From: Dicyema japonicum
Lineage: Eukaryota > Animalia > Dicyemida
Direction: 5' to 3'
Assembly: GCA_011109175.1 (NCBI GenBank)
Contig: RDEW01000003.1
Span: 682,001 to 746,000, forward strand
DNA: 64,000 nt
Position numbers and translations under genes: made by a program. The notes below the pieces were generated by a model that did no database searches, was not told the origin of the DNA, and saw only the letters and a program-made list of their open reading frames with translations. Positions 12,936-25,942 of the stretch are shown one piece after another. The first letter of the stretch is position 1. Each line of letters starts with the position of its first letter.

Positions 12936-13360
12936 ATGAATATTTTTGTGGATGTAGAAAGAGGTGGTACCAATACAACTGTATTAGTTTTCGATTATAA
13001 AGGAAATGTTTTATCACAAATTTAGGAAGACTGTCAAACAATTGGGTATTAATAATAATTAACCAAAGCATATTGTATGAGAATTACTCAGAGTTTGGAA
13101 AGTTATAGCATTGTTAATGATACCGTGGAGTCAATTTATACAGCAAAACCAAATGGTAGTCCTCTCTAATATTTATAGGTGGGATATCTCTGAAACACGA
13201 TCAAATTGTCTTTTACTGACGGAAAGTGGAAATGAAATCAACTCTGGAGGTTGTGGAAATTTATTGGGAGAACAAGGATCTGGTTGAGCTAACTGATCTT
13301 CTCTGACTATTTTATGAGGAATACAATGTCTCTAGGATTGCTTCTATTGCAGTTAAAGAC
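12936..13360 (+). pseudogene. NAGK: N-acetylglucosamine kinase (BadF/BadG family) remnant
   Basis: MNIFVDVERGGTNTTVLV...LSNNW; IVNDTVESIYTA.PNG / 23-nt intron / ...SNCLLL...GGCGNLLGEQGS...IASIAVK. Contains a stop, frameshifts, Gly substitutions and a large internal deletion. Confidence 0.65.
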
Positions 13361-13974
13361 AAAAACAAAAAATTATGTGATCCCACGAATTCCAATAGGG
13401 CTCTCAGCTTGTCCCGGTGGTCTTCCCTCGATCCAACACAAGCACGCAGTGGACGAGTGAATTAAAACTCACTAATGAGAAAATGAATTATTTTGAAATT
13501 TGAATTCTCTGCATCTGCAATATTTGCCAATATTAGTCATGTCAACTTGTTGGAGGATATATGCATATTTTGTTTAATACGATAGTGGAGATATCTGTTT
13601 AAATGTACTAACACTGGCTTGTGATTGAATATTACATGGGCTTTCAAAAATTACATTTGCATACTTTATTACCTACGTCTGAGTAAACCTGGTTCGTCTA
13701 CGATGTGGGCACCACTCCTATCTACCAACATACGATATCCTCTGTCTCTTTTGCAACCTCTACGTGTTGACAACAAACCACCTATTTGAATGTCATGAAC
13801 TAGCACAACGTTCATCTACAATACCGGGACTGACCGATCTATGGGAGCGACTAGCATTTGCTGCGACATACTTAGTAGCTGCTGACCTCCTACAAGTTAG
13901 TGAGGCTGGGGTTACTTAACTAACAAACTTACCACTTACAAAATAGTTTCTGTTGAAGAAACTGTTCAATATTA

Positions 13975-14170
13975 GAGACGATTAAGTAATGACCGGATCA
14001 TCGGGAGCCGTTGGTCCAATGACGGCTGAGTTCTTGCGAGAACTCGGAGGATTGCTTGCAAGAAAGAAAAGGGATCAACGAGAAGGGTTATGGCTAAGAC
14101 AAAAGATTGGAATAGCCATACTCCGAGGGAACTCGTTCGCAATCCACGGAGCAGGCTTCCTCAACTGACA
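13975..14170 (+). mobile_element. CRE-clade 3' remnant
   Basis: GAVGPMTAEFLRELGGLLA...REGLWLRQKIGIAILRGNSFAI; same family as 53740-54100. Confidence 0.7.
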
Positions 14171-14171
14171 T

Positions 14172-14560
14172 TTAGTTAGTTAAGAGCTCTTTCGCGTGGC
14201 CCTAAAAGGGGTTCGCTTGAGCCATGTTTTGCAGCCATCCTCCTCGCCCACGCCATCTTGTTCCTGGCCCTCATTCGAACATCATACAGATCGTCCGCTG
14301 TCACCAATTTACGACTATTTTGTTCGTAGTCATCTTTTAAGCAGGTTGGAAGTGTGTTTCTTGATCTGCCTCGAAATCCGCGACTTCCGTCGTAGCAGAA
14401 ATATTCTTCCATTATTCTGTTACATGGCGTAGTCGGGTCCAGTCTGAGGATATGTCCAAATAGTCGCCATCTCGATAAAATAACATCGGTGCTGAGTGGT
14501 CTGGATTTACATCGTGAATATAGATTTTCAACTGACATTTGTTTAATTGTTAAAAAAAAT
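14172..14560 (-). mobile_element. RTE LINE 3' fragment with (TAAC)n tail
   Basis: RWRLFGHILRLD...GRSRNTLPTCL; tail ttagttagtt; a short copy of the same end lies at 61750-61820. Confidence 0.75.
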
Positions 14561-14919
14561 TTTGTTTAAAAAAAAAAGTAAATAGATATCTAAGAATTAA
14601 ATATGCCGGAAAATAATAAAATGGCAGATTATTACAAGTATAATCATACTAGCTATAATTTCATTCGTTCCGTTTTTGTATGATCCGAGATACTAGTCTC
14701 TCTCACCCTCTTCTATTGGATGCCAGACTTGCAGACTGATGAGGTTTTCACTGTCCTTTAGTACCTTGTTTACTGGTCTCAAATCTCCATTAAAGACTTC
14801 GGGAAACGTTATACGTGGACGGCCTCTAAACTTTTCCCAGATGTTTAAAGTAATTCTTCCATGATGATGTTTGCTGCCGTATCTCCTTAGTTTTGAATTT
14901 ATGATTCTGTTTGATAAAA

Positions 14920-15200
14920 TAACTCTGAGAGCGCCTTGTTCAATTGTACCTTCTTCCCATATGGCATCTTCGGGTTCTTCCTCCTATACTCCAATGTCAG
15001 GCTCTCTAGGGTCCGCTTTAGTATAGTCGACTGTAGATAGGCCTAGAGTCTCCTATGTACCCTCAACTGTTTTAGATAACCCTGTGGTACTTTGTTGCAA
15101 TTCCTTCCCACCTCCATGAAAAGTGGATGGTGTCGGCCTTTTCTTTTTACGAACGACGAACCCTATCCAAGACCGACTATGATTATCCCCCAAAATAATA
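14920..15200 (-). repeat. Interspersed repeat family D (copy)
   Basis: Homologous to 50230-50420 and 2830-2945. Confidence 0.65.
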
Positions 15201-15476
15201 TAAATGTGATCGGTACTAAAATCACTGAACTACGCCGTTTTATTAAATCTAATTCTTAGATATTTATTTATTTTAATAAAAACTCTAGAGATCTTTCCCT
15301 TGGTGCTGTCATCGCCTGGACATCATTTGTTAGGTCCAGTAATCTTCCCTTCAGAAAAGGATTAAATCAACACACGTAAAACCATAATACAGTCCGACCT
15401 CGATTTGAAACAACAAATTGTGATCATTTCGATAAAGTTTTAAACATTCTCTTTTCAAATTCTCTTTATTTTAATA

Positions 15477-17222
15477 TGTCGCGAGCCACAGACGTCACTT
15501 TTGTCAGCTGTCACAACTGTCATTTTAATTATTCATCTTTTATAATAAGGAGAATTAAGTCTATCACAGGAAAATCATATTTGTAATCACTTTTTGTATA
15601 ATTATGGACAAAAAACCTTGACTTTATATTTCGGAACTGTCTTTACCTTTTGATTCTGTTAAATCAGCAATATTATCTACACTTTCAAGGTCGTCTTCAC
15701 CATCTGTCTTCGTTACACTATTTTCGACAATGGTGTTGTGGCCCGGAATCCCTCGATATTTCAGAAACGGACTAACACCTACAAAAAATAAAAGCACAAA
15801 TTTACCTGTGGATGAGTGAGGCGTTTGATTGTATAAAAACAATGCCTTTCGAATGTGTTTATCCACTCTTTCTTGTCATACGAAGGCATCATTTTTGATA
15901 AACTCCGTGTCATTGTCTGGTTGAATCTTTCAACAATCCCTTGATTCTGGGATTGGTATGTCTCCCATGGATTTGGATAATTCTGTAATCCTGAGACAAA
16001 TTTTTGATATGAGCGTTCTTGAACTCTGTGCCGTTGTCGGATTGTAGGAACCTACAAGGGCCATAATCCATGAAAATTTCTTCTAGTTTGTTGGCCACTT
16101 CGATTCCACTTTTATTTTCCAAGTTCCTTGTAAATCCATATTTCGAATAGACGTCTATAACTGACAACAACCAAGAAAAATGATCATTTTGATTCTCAAA
16201 TCTGCAATAATAACTAATAAACTTAAACCTTTTAAGATCAATTTGAAATCTCTCATTAGGCAAATCAGCAAAAATATGACTTAAAACGTCATATTGTTTG
16301 AGAGGCACTGCAAACTTGCAAACATTGCAGTCTTTTAAAACTTAACAATTAACAGTTCTTATGATACCGCAAAATTTCCTATGACAAAGCGCATCCATAG
16401 CGTTATGTCTACAGTGATTTGTCTGGTGAATCTCCTGAGGAATAGTCCTCATTTCTTCTTTACTAGTTAAGGGTATCACAAGTTTGTTAAGTACGTTAAC
16501 AGTTTCAAATATAGCTTTTCATCAATAACAATAAAATTTTCAGCTTTCTTTTTTATTCGGTACCTCATTTGTTTCGCAATATTCACATCTTTATCATTAA
16601 GGACGGAATTTAGAAGTTGGTACTCTTCATTATCTTTGACAACAGTCTTGTACTAGGCATCAGGTCAAAGTGACGAAATTTTCTATCGTGGATTAATAAT
16701 AATAATAACAGCCTTTTTCACGGAGCCGTGGTATTAGCTCCGCATAGGCAGGACACACACTTTATTTAAGTAAAGAACAGTTAATTTTAACTAATCGTAG
16801 AACCAAGGAATGATCTTCACTTCTTTTTTTCTTTTGAGTGTCCTTTCTAGACAATCCAGTTCCGCAGTGAGTATTCACTGATGACGGCGTCACTCGTCAA
16901 ACCCTTTCCGCATCGTAGATGCGTGGAACCTTCCACCAGGTGAAGAGCAGCGAGATTCTAACCCGTAGCCTAAGCCACTTAAGCCCGACACCTAACCACT
17001 AAGCCACCCGGTGGATTATCATTTTATATTCAATAAATAGTTAGCCAGACTAAAATTAGAGTAAATTTTTGATAAAATAATAATTATTAATATTATAGTA
17101 GAATTAATTTATATTGGAATATAATAATTTATAAAAATAGAAAAAATTATAATATTGATTAAATTTTAATTAAAATGACAGTAGATGACAGCTGTCAAAG
17201 GTAACGTCTGTGGCTCGCGACA
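15477..17222 (-). mobile_element. Ginger-like (retroviral-integrase-type) DNA transposon with ~55 bp terminal inverted repeats
   Basis: TIRs at 15477-15530 and 17168-17222 (TGT...ACA termini); integrase core ERFQIDL...VIDVYSKY...LQSDNGTEF; upstream H..C/CxxC zinc motif; frameshifted. Confidence 0.8.
16696..17010 (-). mobile_element. tRNA-derived SINE (copy 1) inserted in the Ginger-like element
   Basis: Box A TGGCTTAGTGG, degenerate box B GGTTAGAATC, (TTA)n tail, 8-bp TSD GTGGATTA at 16688-16695 and 17011-17018. Confidence 0.85.
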
Positions 17223-17513
17223 ATTCCTATTTTCACGGTCCTAGTACTCTATTTCACACATATTTTTCAAGCATGAATGACCTCAAATAATCAATATCCT
17301 TGGATCTTATACTCCTCACTAAATGCATACTCAATGAATTATCAATTTTACTATTGTTGTACCAAAAGATTGTTCGCCAGTGGGGAGGCGCCTATCCATA
17401 ACTCCCAGTTTAAGGGGGTGATCAGTTCCTCGAATACGTTAGAGTAGAGAGTTTTAAAGAATTCAGATATCTGTTCGATTAATTGTTAGTGTTAAAGGTT
17501 ATTTTTTAAATTG

Positions 17514-19284
17514 TTAGTGTAATCCGAAAAGAGTTATTATTAGTAAGCTAAATAATGAAGTCACAGCTGCATCAGAGTTCCCTGGCGCTTCTGTTGTAAT
17601 AGTGGTAGTTGAGGTAGTGGTTTCTTAAAATGACATCATTTTTAACCTTTTTTCGTATTCGAGTGAGCTTCGGGTTTGAGGCTCTTACATTTCACCAAGA
17701 ACTTCAAATTGCACGATTTCGATTCTAAATCGAAGAGTAGGCCAGTTGCACAACTTTGAACGTTTACCGTACTTCCAATTTGTGCACAATTAATGAATTT
17801 CGTGCAGCCATCCAACGGAGCAAATCCGATACTTTTGCAGATGTTATCTAAATTATATTCTTAAAAAACTTTGATCAGTCACTGCTACACCAGAGTTGGG
17901 AGATACAGTTGATTTGGTCGATGTTGTGTCGTCAGAAGTTGATCTAGTGTCCTCATTTGTCTCCCAATCCTTGACTTATACGAAAAATTACAATTCCAGG
18001 ATAAATATTGAGTTCCTTGTGGATTGCCCCGATCAGAGGACTTTTTCCATTGTGACACTCTTTTCCGGTAAAATCGTCGAAATCTAATGTCCGCACAAAT
18101 ATTCCAGCTAATCCGTTGTCTTTTACATATTTTGCCTGAAATTTAAAATTTGAGCAACTTTTTCGTGAATGCTTCTGATGGTCTCGTATCCTAGCCAATA
18201 ATTATCTTTTACTCCATGTGCCGCTTTTGGGTGTCGTTCCAAACATTTTTGTATCCTTCATTACAATACTAAATTTAATTAAATTATAAAACTTCGAGAT
18301 ATGACAAAATCCCACTGTTGTTCAGAACATGCCCCTAGGAGTTCCCCCAACGTTTACATCTCCAACACGTGGATTGTTGTTTTAGTTTTAAATCCTTGAG
18401 CATACGTAGGGATCCCTATGAGGATCTTCGACAATGGAGCTCCTTGACTGTGCCAATATCTCACAGCAAAGTCCTAAACTAAAGATTTTAAAAACTGTGC
18501 AGAATTGGTCTTTCCCATTCAAGCAGTATAATCCACTATGATGACCAACGACACGTGAAAATTTACCATAAAAATCATAAGTCATGATGTTAATGTAATC
18601 GAGGTATCTATTTCGGCTCAGTAAGCACAGTTACTTGGAAACACTTGGAATGTCGTAGGAGAATGAAGCTTTCCTTCCTAGCAGAAACTGTGGCAATCAG
18701 CAAATATGTTTCTGAACTATTCCGTTTGAATTCTTCACTCAAAGCCTAATATTATTTTTATTCACTACTTTCATCATTCGAGTATAGTTTTCCTTATCAT
18801 TTGGGTATTCCCAGTCAACGTCAATTCCATCAAAATTGTATTTTTTGAGATAACTCTTTGTATTTTTGGCGAATAATTTGCTGTTCTCTTCATTACTTGA
18901 GATTAATTGGAATTCATTAAGGAGTTTTCCATCCCCCGACTGACAAGAGGACTTTTAAATTTGGATTGATGTTCTTTAGTGAAGTGACCTTTCTAAAGTT
19001 GTCAAATCCGTCTATTTTTAATTCATTTATAATGCCTGGCAAATCAGACCAATTATTAGACGGGACGGGAGTCAAAGTCTGAGCGTCAATATTGGCAAAA
19101 GCATAGATTATATGTGTACAGAGGTATGGATACATGTACTTGGCATCGTACTTGGCATTCCCTTTTTTGTAAACAGCCCAATTTGTGTAGTAGCATGCTA
19201 AATTTTTTCTAAAATTCAATATACTTGATACCATTTTGGATTGTTATGTTAAAGAGGAAAATCTAAAATTAGAATGTTAACCAT
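17514..19284 (-). CDS. GH18 chitinase with C-terminal CBM14, Thr-rich linker and hydrophobic GPI-like tail; multi-exon, with apparent indels
   Basis: CYYTNW, LCTHIIYAFA, KVLLSVGGW, catalytic FDGIDVDWEYP, MTYDFYG, LDFDDFTG; CBM14-like CTKFINC...CATGLLFD...C; boundaries approximate. Confidence 0.85.
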
Positions 19285-21349
19285 CAAATTACAGTTAATA
19301 TGTTAAAAAGAGAAAATGGCATTTTGACTAATTTTAAAAGAAAAATTTTATTGAAATATGATTAGCCAGTTTAAAAACTAATTTTTGTTAATATTAATTA
19401 AATTAAAAATTTAATTTTTAATAATAAATTTACTTTTTAATACATTTCCAGTTGATCTTTATTGAGATTTCTGTTTTTATTGGCCTCACCACGTAAAATT
19501 TTATCAGGCTATCGCGCGGCTTGCAGGACTGAGGAAGGGAGAGCCTAGAATGACACGATAACTCTTACATAACATTTGGTTCCCGATTATGAGGAGTAAC
19601 TGCCATTGTGTGTCAATGTCCGTAGGCCATAATGGGGGCCCGATCATAAAAAAATTTGAGTTAATTTTAACTGTTTTCAGTGGTCATAAATATACTCGAT
19701 TAAACAAATAATCAGGATGCAATTATTTTGGATTAATTTAACAATTATGCATTTTTAGAATTTTTCAGTTATCTTAATTAATTATGGATTTCATTAAAAT
19801 TTATTTTAACTTAATTTTCCTGAAAATAATTACAGGAAACATTCGAGAATTGATAGTGATTCCCTTGATTCTCCCTAAGATTTGAACTCAGAGATGCTGC
19901 ATCAGATTCTTCCTTTTCGAATGTTCTCGTGTTCGATATCGTCTGAGTCCATAGAAAGGGGGAAAGTTTCATCCACCATTAGGAGATAAAGACTTTGAGT
20001 ATACTAGAACTATGCATAGTGCACATGGACCCAGAAAGAATGAAAAAAATACAGCGAGAATTTGGTTTGACGATTATCCTAAATTTCTATATTTTGATTT
20101 AGAATCGTTTATTGTAAAACAATTAAGTTATTCCAGTCTCGCGAATTAGTAGTGGCACCAGTGATTGTCTTTTTCCGACTTTACCCTCAACTCAAGAACT
20201 TTTGACAGTTTCTTCAATCACCTCAGCTGCTTTTATTGTGGTTTTTTCGCATTGAGGTCACCAATCTGGAACCTTTTTGAAGCATTTGTAGAGGCAACCA
20301 AGAGCAATCCGTCAGGTCCTGTAATCTTCCCTGCAGTTCCTCCTTCAAAAGGATTATAGCAACGCATGTAAAACCATAATACAGTCCGACCTTGATTTGG
20401 AACACCAAGCGTTTCAAAAACCGAGTTTGTTCCAAAAATTGACGTTTTAACTTAAAAGTTATAAAATAATTATAACTTTATGAAATAATAATGTATAAAA
20501 AAACTTACCTCCGCCTCGTGAGCTCCCGCCTCAAAAGTTAAGAATAACGAAAGGACCCTGAGATACTAAGAGCAAATGAGATTTGTGAGAGTCTGCGTAT
20601 TGTGGATATATTTTTGAAGTCATAGATGTAGTCGAAGTCACCCTTGTATTGGTGACTTGGTTGTGATTTAAAATGGGTTTAAAAAACTTTAGAAAAAATA
20701 GAGAATTTTTTTTGTTCTCTTTTTTATTTGTTCGGAAAAAAATGGATTTAATTACGCACCAAAATATAGGGAGTTTTAATTTTTTTAAAAGGCTAAAGTT
20801 AAGTTTGTATTTTTAAAATTCTATTTTTGTTAAAAAAATTGATCATTCAATAGAAAAAATCGAGACCTGTTTTTTATTTGTATCGCTTTAATCACCGGAC
20901 TAGAAACCGTAAAATTGATGAGTTAAACTAGATAGGCCTCAGTTTCCATTTACGGGGTATCTTTGAATGGTCCTGTCAAAGTAAAGTCGATTTTCAATGA
21001 TCGTATAGAAAATTCTTAGGTGACTGTATTTTGCCAATGATAACTTGAAAAGGTTAGATTGACTACAACAGCAGTACTAAATAGTTAATTGGTAAGAAAG
21101 TTTGGTATGGTGTACCTTTATTGTACGGAATGTCTACTAATCGTAATAATGGATCAAAGTCAATACCTTCCTTTTCGTAAGCACGGACAAAGTGACGGAC
21201 AGTGGGGCAAATAAGTCATAGCACACATCATTTTTCTTAATTTGACATTTTATAATGATAACTTTTTCTATTTAGTTTATCACACTACATAATATTGCAT
21301 TATTTTTAACACATTTTTTATTAATAAAAAAATTATTTAAAATAAAATT

Positions 21350-23400
21350 ATAAATAACTAGGACGACAAAATGACGAAGGCGCTACCTCTGATAATCTCC
21401 ATCTCAAGCCTCTGCCTCAACCAGAGTCCCTCCCGTGGCTCACATCTTTTTGAGGCGAGTTTGCTTCCAATGCTGGAGAGAAAGGCGTCCGTCATTGCTC
21501 CCACGATTCCAGTTGTCTCCAAAGCAATAAGGGTGAAATAGTATTGGTCTTCACGGGATTCGTATTTGCAGATCTTCTTGGGCTCTGCCTGGTCCGCTGC
21601 GTCTCCAAGAGAGTGCGTCGCCGTCAGCGATCTGGCCCCTAAGAAGGTGTCCACACACGTTGCGTCGAAGACGAGTGATTTTCCGTGAGAGTATGGTAAT
21701 AACGTCATGCCATCCGTCATCATCCTTTCGCCTCTGTCTAAGCCAAAACATTCCAATTGGGCCGATAATCCCTCAACCTTGATTGCTCGAGAAAGGATGT
21801 ATTTGAATGCTGCGTGACTCGGCGCTCGACTAGCACTTCGTTAGCAAGAGAGTGGATGTAAGTCCTTAGTAACAACGTCCCAGCCGCAACTGCATATGTG
21901 TTTCAGACATATGTTTAGTCATAGGCGCAGTGCCACCCCTATCCTCAGGCTGTTTTCGTCAAGGAGGGTCCCCAGATGTGGAAACGGTAGGGCTTCGAGC
22001 CAAACTCCATTTCCGCAATGTGCGGCCGACTTAATAATTGCTAGTCGGTGTTGGTTGGCGCTTGTCTTAGCAGCCTCCAGAGTGCTCATACATACAGTTG
22101 AGTCCAACTCTTCTGGCAAGCAAAGTTCGACCGGAATTCCAAGACCAACTCTCCCCACAGCTTGCTAACTCTATCATGCTCCGAATCCAAGGTATGTCCA
22201 GTTGCGTTACGTAGGACTGCTTGGACTAAGCGACTGCAGCTCTCAAAAGATGATAGTAGGCAGGGCGCCCTCTCCGGGCAGTGAATTTAGCAGCAAGCCT
22301 TCGAAAGTATTTACCGATCGCTATTGAGCTGACACCTCCATCTCCTTAGACACCTCTATTAATGCCAATAGATGTCCATAAAAAGAAGATCTCTAGCAAA
22401 TTTTGGAATATCACCATTAACTATTCGAGTGAGCAGCCAGGTGATAGACGTTAACTTCAGCAGTAGCTTCGGAAGTTAAGTCCTTTACATGGCTTGGGCA
22501 CTAGCCGTTCAGACCTCCGCAGCTATTGGGAGCAAAAGACTTTATTCCACGCACTACTTCAAATTCCGTGGGAGTAAATGACAGGAGGTCTTCTGGCATT
22601 GTCAAGTTCCGCTGGATCGGTGGTGGAGCAGGGTGCTTCCTTCTCAGTAACTCCAAGACTGTTCGGCACGGCTTCGACAGTGATTTGTATCAAGACACTA
22701 ACTACTCTTACAGCTGCGCGAACGTCCCCTTCCATCAGTTTTCGGTTCACTCTCTCTTGACAACTGTTTACGCCTAAGTACTTGCTCAGGCTCGATTCCT
22801 GAGTCTTGCTGCGTTGAAGTGGCCAAAAAAGGTAAAAGCATTCTTCTTGATATTTGAGGCCAGTGATCCGTTGTGAGCTTGCTCTGAGGCAGAAATTCCT
22901 AGAGTCATAGATTCAAAGCTCAGTAGACGTATCCAAGAGGCCTGGTCGCTGGTACTGATGGCTTTATAAATTAATGACGTGAGGCATTCAGCAGCGGGAA
23001 TTCGAGCGGCCTTTGGTAACCTCAGTGGAATCCGTCTACTTTTCCGACTCTCCGATAGGCGTAACAAAAAGGGTTCGATTTGTCCAGAATAAGAGGGATG
23101 ACTGAATTCAGCCGGAAGACGGCACCGAGCGGGGTCGGCTCGGCATCCATACAGTATGCGCAGTCCCATTTGTATAGAGATCTCGCAGCCAATTTCGACA
23201 TTCGGACACACCCGAGGTGGAAAAATCTCCCGCAAGATGTGCAATTCAACCCGTACTTCCTCGCGTTGCAATATCCACAAGACACGCACTGCTCTTTCGA
23301 TCTCGCAGGTAGAAGTAGTATTTCTTCGAATGTAACGTGATCCATAGATGGACAGTGAACAGAGTCAGACTTGGCCTGATTAGCTTTCTGCATGTACTTT
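21350..23400 (-). mobile_element. CRE-clade non-LTR retrotransposon with an N-terminal PHD finger; RT core deleted
   Basis: C4HC3 (CVSC...CTSCGRFFHLGC...WDCAYC); IPLRLPKAAR; WLEALP..LG..LD..SLRIGVALRLG; DG.TLLPY..GKSLVFDATCVDT; WLRQRL..IIRG. Confidence 0.8.
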
Positions 23401-23716
23401 TCTGATTTTCCTTTCTTTTTCTCTTCTTCTTATCACCACAACGACCACAACAAGTAGAATGTCAAAAAAAATTTTCTATTATTATTTTCATGAATTTCAA
23501 ATAAATATCATTAAAAATGCACTTTAACTGAAAAATGTCAAATTTTATGTGGAAAAAAGTGATGGGACTATCAAAGAAATATGGATTTTTTCTGCAATAA
23601 GATATGAATGATTATTTTTGGTAGCTTCTTTTTTCTTTGAAATGATATTAAAATTGATTAATAGATTCTGATTAGTATAAATACACTTTCATTTTTCGCT
23701 TGTTATTAAAATTATC

Positions 23717-23910
23717 ATGTCGACGAGAAAAGAGCATGGACCTAAGACAACGAGTTGTAACGACCAAAGAGGTAAAAGTTATGGAGAGATTTCTAAATTG
23801 TTGACATTACCATAAAGTACTGTTCGAATATTATCACCCGATGGAAACAACACGGAACTGTTATTAATCCACCAAGATCAGGTGCTCCGAGGAAAATATT
23901 TCAACGTTCT
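23717..23910 (+). mobile_element. Tc1-like transposase N-terminal HTH remnant
   Basis: GKSYGEISKLLTLP*STV..IITRWKQHGTVINPPRSGAPRKI. Confidence 0.7.
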
Positions 23911-24087
23911 TGCTCATTAATTCTGCCGAATGTACAGCAGCGAATTTTAAACCAGGGACTTTTTGCCCTGCACTTATAACACTGCGTCATCTCGCTATAA
24001 TAACGATAAATGAACTCAACAGAAATATGAATAATTAGTGATAAGAATAGTAATTAAACTGCAGGTGTATCTGATAACTGGATCTTT

Positions 24088-25942
24088 TTAACTGGGCGGT
24101 TTAACCAGCGAGCACATGGCTTGAAGATATTCAGATTGTACTTCTAAAAGTAATCATTCAATTAACATAGGCGTAGATTGTGTATCCAATCGCGTGGATG
24201 GGGATTGGGAGAATGCAGAGAAGGGACAAGAAAATATTCGCTCCGCGGGAGACTGGTGTGGTTGCAGTGTCGGCGGGAACGTAGTGGATGTATTTGGAAA
24301 TCAGCATAAGCTATTTATGAAGATCAATGTTTTACCACGGCAGAAGCGGGGGTAACAAAAATAAACATCGTCTTCCAAAGGTACCCCGATTTCCTTCCAG
24401 TCATCAATTCGACTTCTTTAGCGAAATTTCTATAATCTTTAAATATAATTTGAAATATAACCGTAAACGTATATTAAGCATACTATCTCGAAGATGCCGA
24501 CCCACAGAAACCCAGAACTCGAGCCACTATCATATATGTCTATGTAATAGAATCCCCCCTATTGTAAATATCACAAAGATGCCTGAAATGTCATTGGAAG
24601 GCCGCAGAGGAAGCTAACCAAACATGATATTCCTCTAACAATGACACTTGTTGTCCTTGAAGCGTTCGGAAACAGGTAGTTTTCAATGGGAGCGACAAAT
24701 CCTTCCACTAACGAAATCTAAAATGTCCTCATTCCACCAACCATCGTCCCAAAGCCCAAGCAAAACATCATCAAATAAAATAAGGCTGCCCAAAACTGAG
24801 GAATTGGCAACGTCGCGATCGACGCTGGATAACTAATAAAAGCCAATGAAGACCCTGTGCTGTAATGTATTATGTCAACCATATTTTGTTACCGCACTGA
24901 CGTTGGTCTTTGCTAAATAAGCCAAGTGACCAGTCGCAGCGAAAATGGCAAACCCAGAATAAAGGGATGTTATGCTGTTGAGGGAACCAACAATTAGGGT
25001 ATCAACCAAGAAGTTGTTGTTGTATTTGTTGAAGCTAGCCAATGTTATTATTGCCCCCGAACAGGTCGCTGATGAGAAGAATATCTGATTTGCGGCTTCT
25101 TCCCAAATCTAAATATGAAAATAAATTTCACCTTGATTCTCGTGATTTGAGAAATGTCCGGATTTAAGTAAAATTTAATCCCCTCCTTAGATCCCTTAAG
25201 AGTCAATCCTTTGATGAGTAAAACAGTCATAATTACGTAAGGCAGCACTGCAGTGACATAGGTAATCTAAGATTAGAGTTTCCTCACTTTTCCGATTGAC
25301 TTTACAGACTTGATTACGCATAAAAATACCAAAGTCCAGGAGACAAAGTAGGTCACACACAGTCCCGGAATAATGTACCCCCGATATTCTATGGAGCTCG
25401 TCAACTGTATAATTTCATTGCTAACTGTTATATAACCATTACTAGAAAAACTGCTTCGAACTACTCCCACTCGTGCCTAATTTGAGATACTTAAAGATAC
25501 AATTCACATTCCATGAGTTGTTACAGGTCGTCCAAGGCAATGTCTTTCGGAAGGAGTAGTACAGGTACTCAATGAATTGGGAGACGAGGACATTGTAATA
25601 TAACCCAATCATCCAACCGATAATTGCACCGGAATATCCAACTCCTAAATATGCCGTTGAAATTGCCACCTCTAAATATGGGAGAAATATCCCAGCAGCA
25701 GACGCAATCTAATCCAGTGAACTGACCTAAGCCCACCTCCAAGTAAATCATCGGATAACCAATGATGATTAAGCTCATAATATATGGAATCAGGAACGCA
25801 CCTATATATTGGAATATTTCTAACCTCCCCCAAACTTGAAGCACAAGTAAGGAAATCTCCAAATATTACCCAATCCAACAGCGAACGACAGCAGTGATAA
25901 TGTAAATTCAACTCTTTTTGCCCAATTCATTTTCTGGCCCAT
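24088..25942 (-). CDS. SLC6 sodium:neurotransmitter symporter, ~10 micro-introns; 3' end approximate, with at least two apparent indels
   Basis: [75 protein letters not shown] after removing 21-25 nt introns. Confidence 0.9.

Noticed and set aside
16876-16905. CTGATGA followed by ...AAAC in the SINE, resembling a hammerhead ribozyme core
   Set aside because: No GAAA after stem II (CAAA or TAAA in the two copies), and it is antisense to the SINE transcript.
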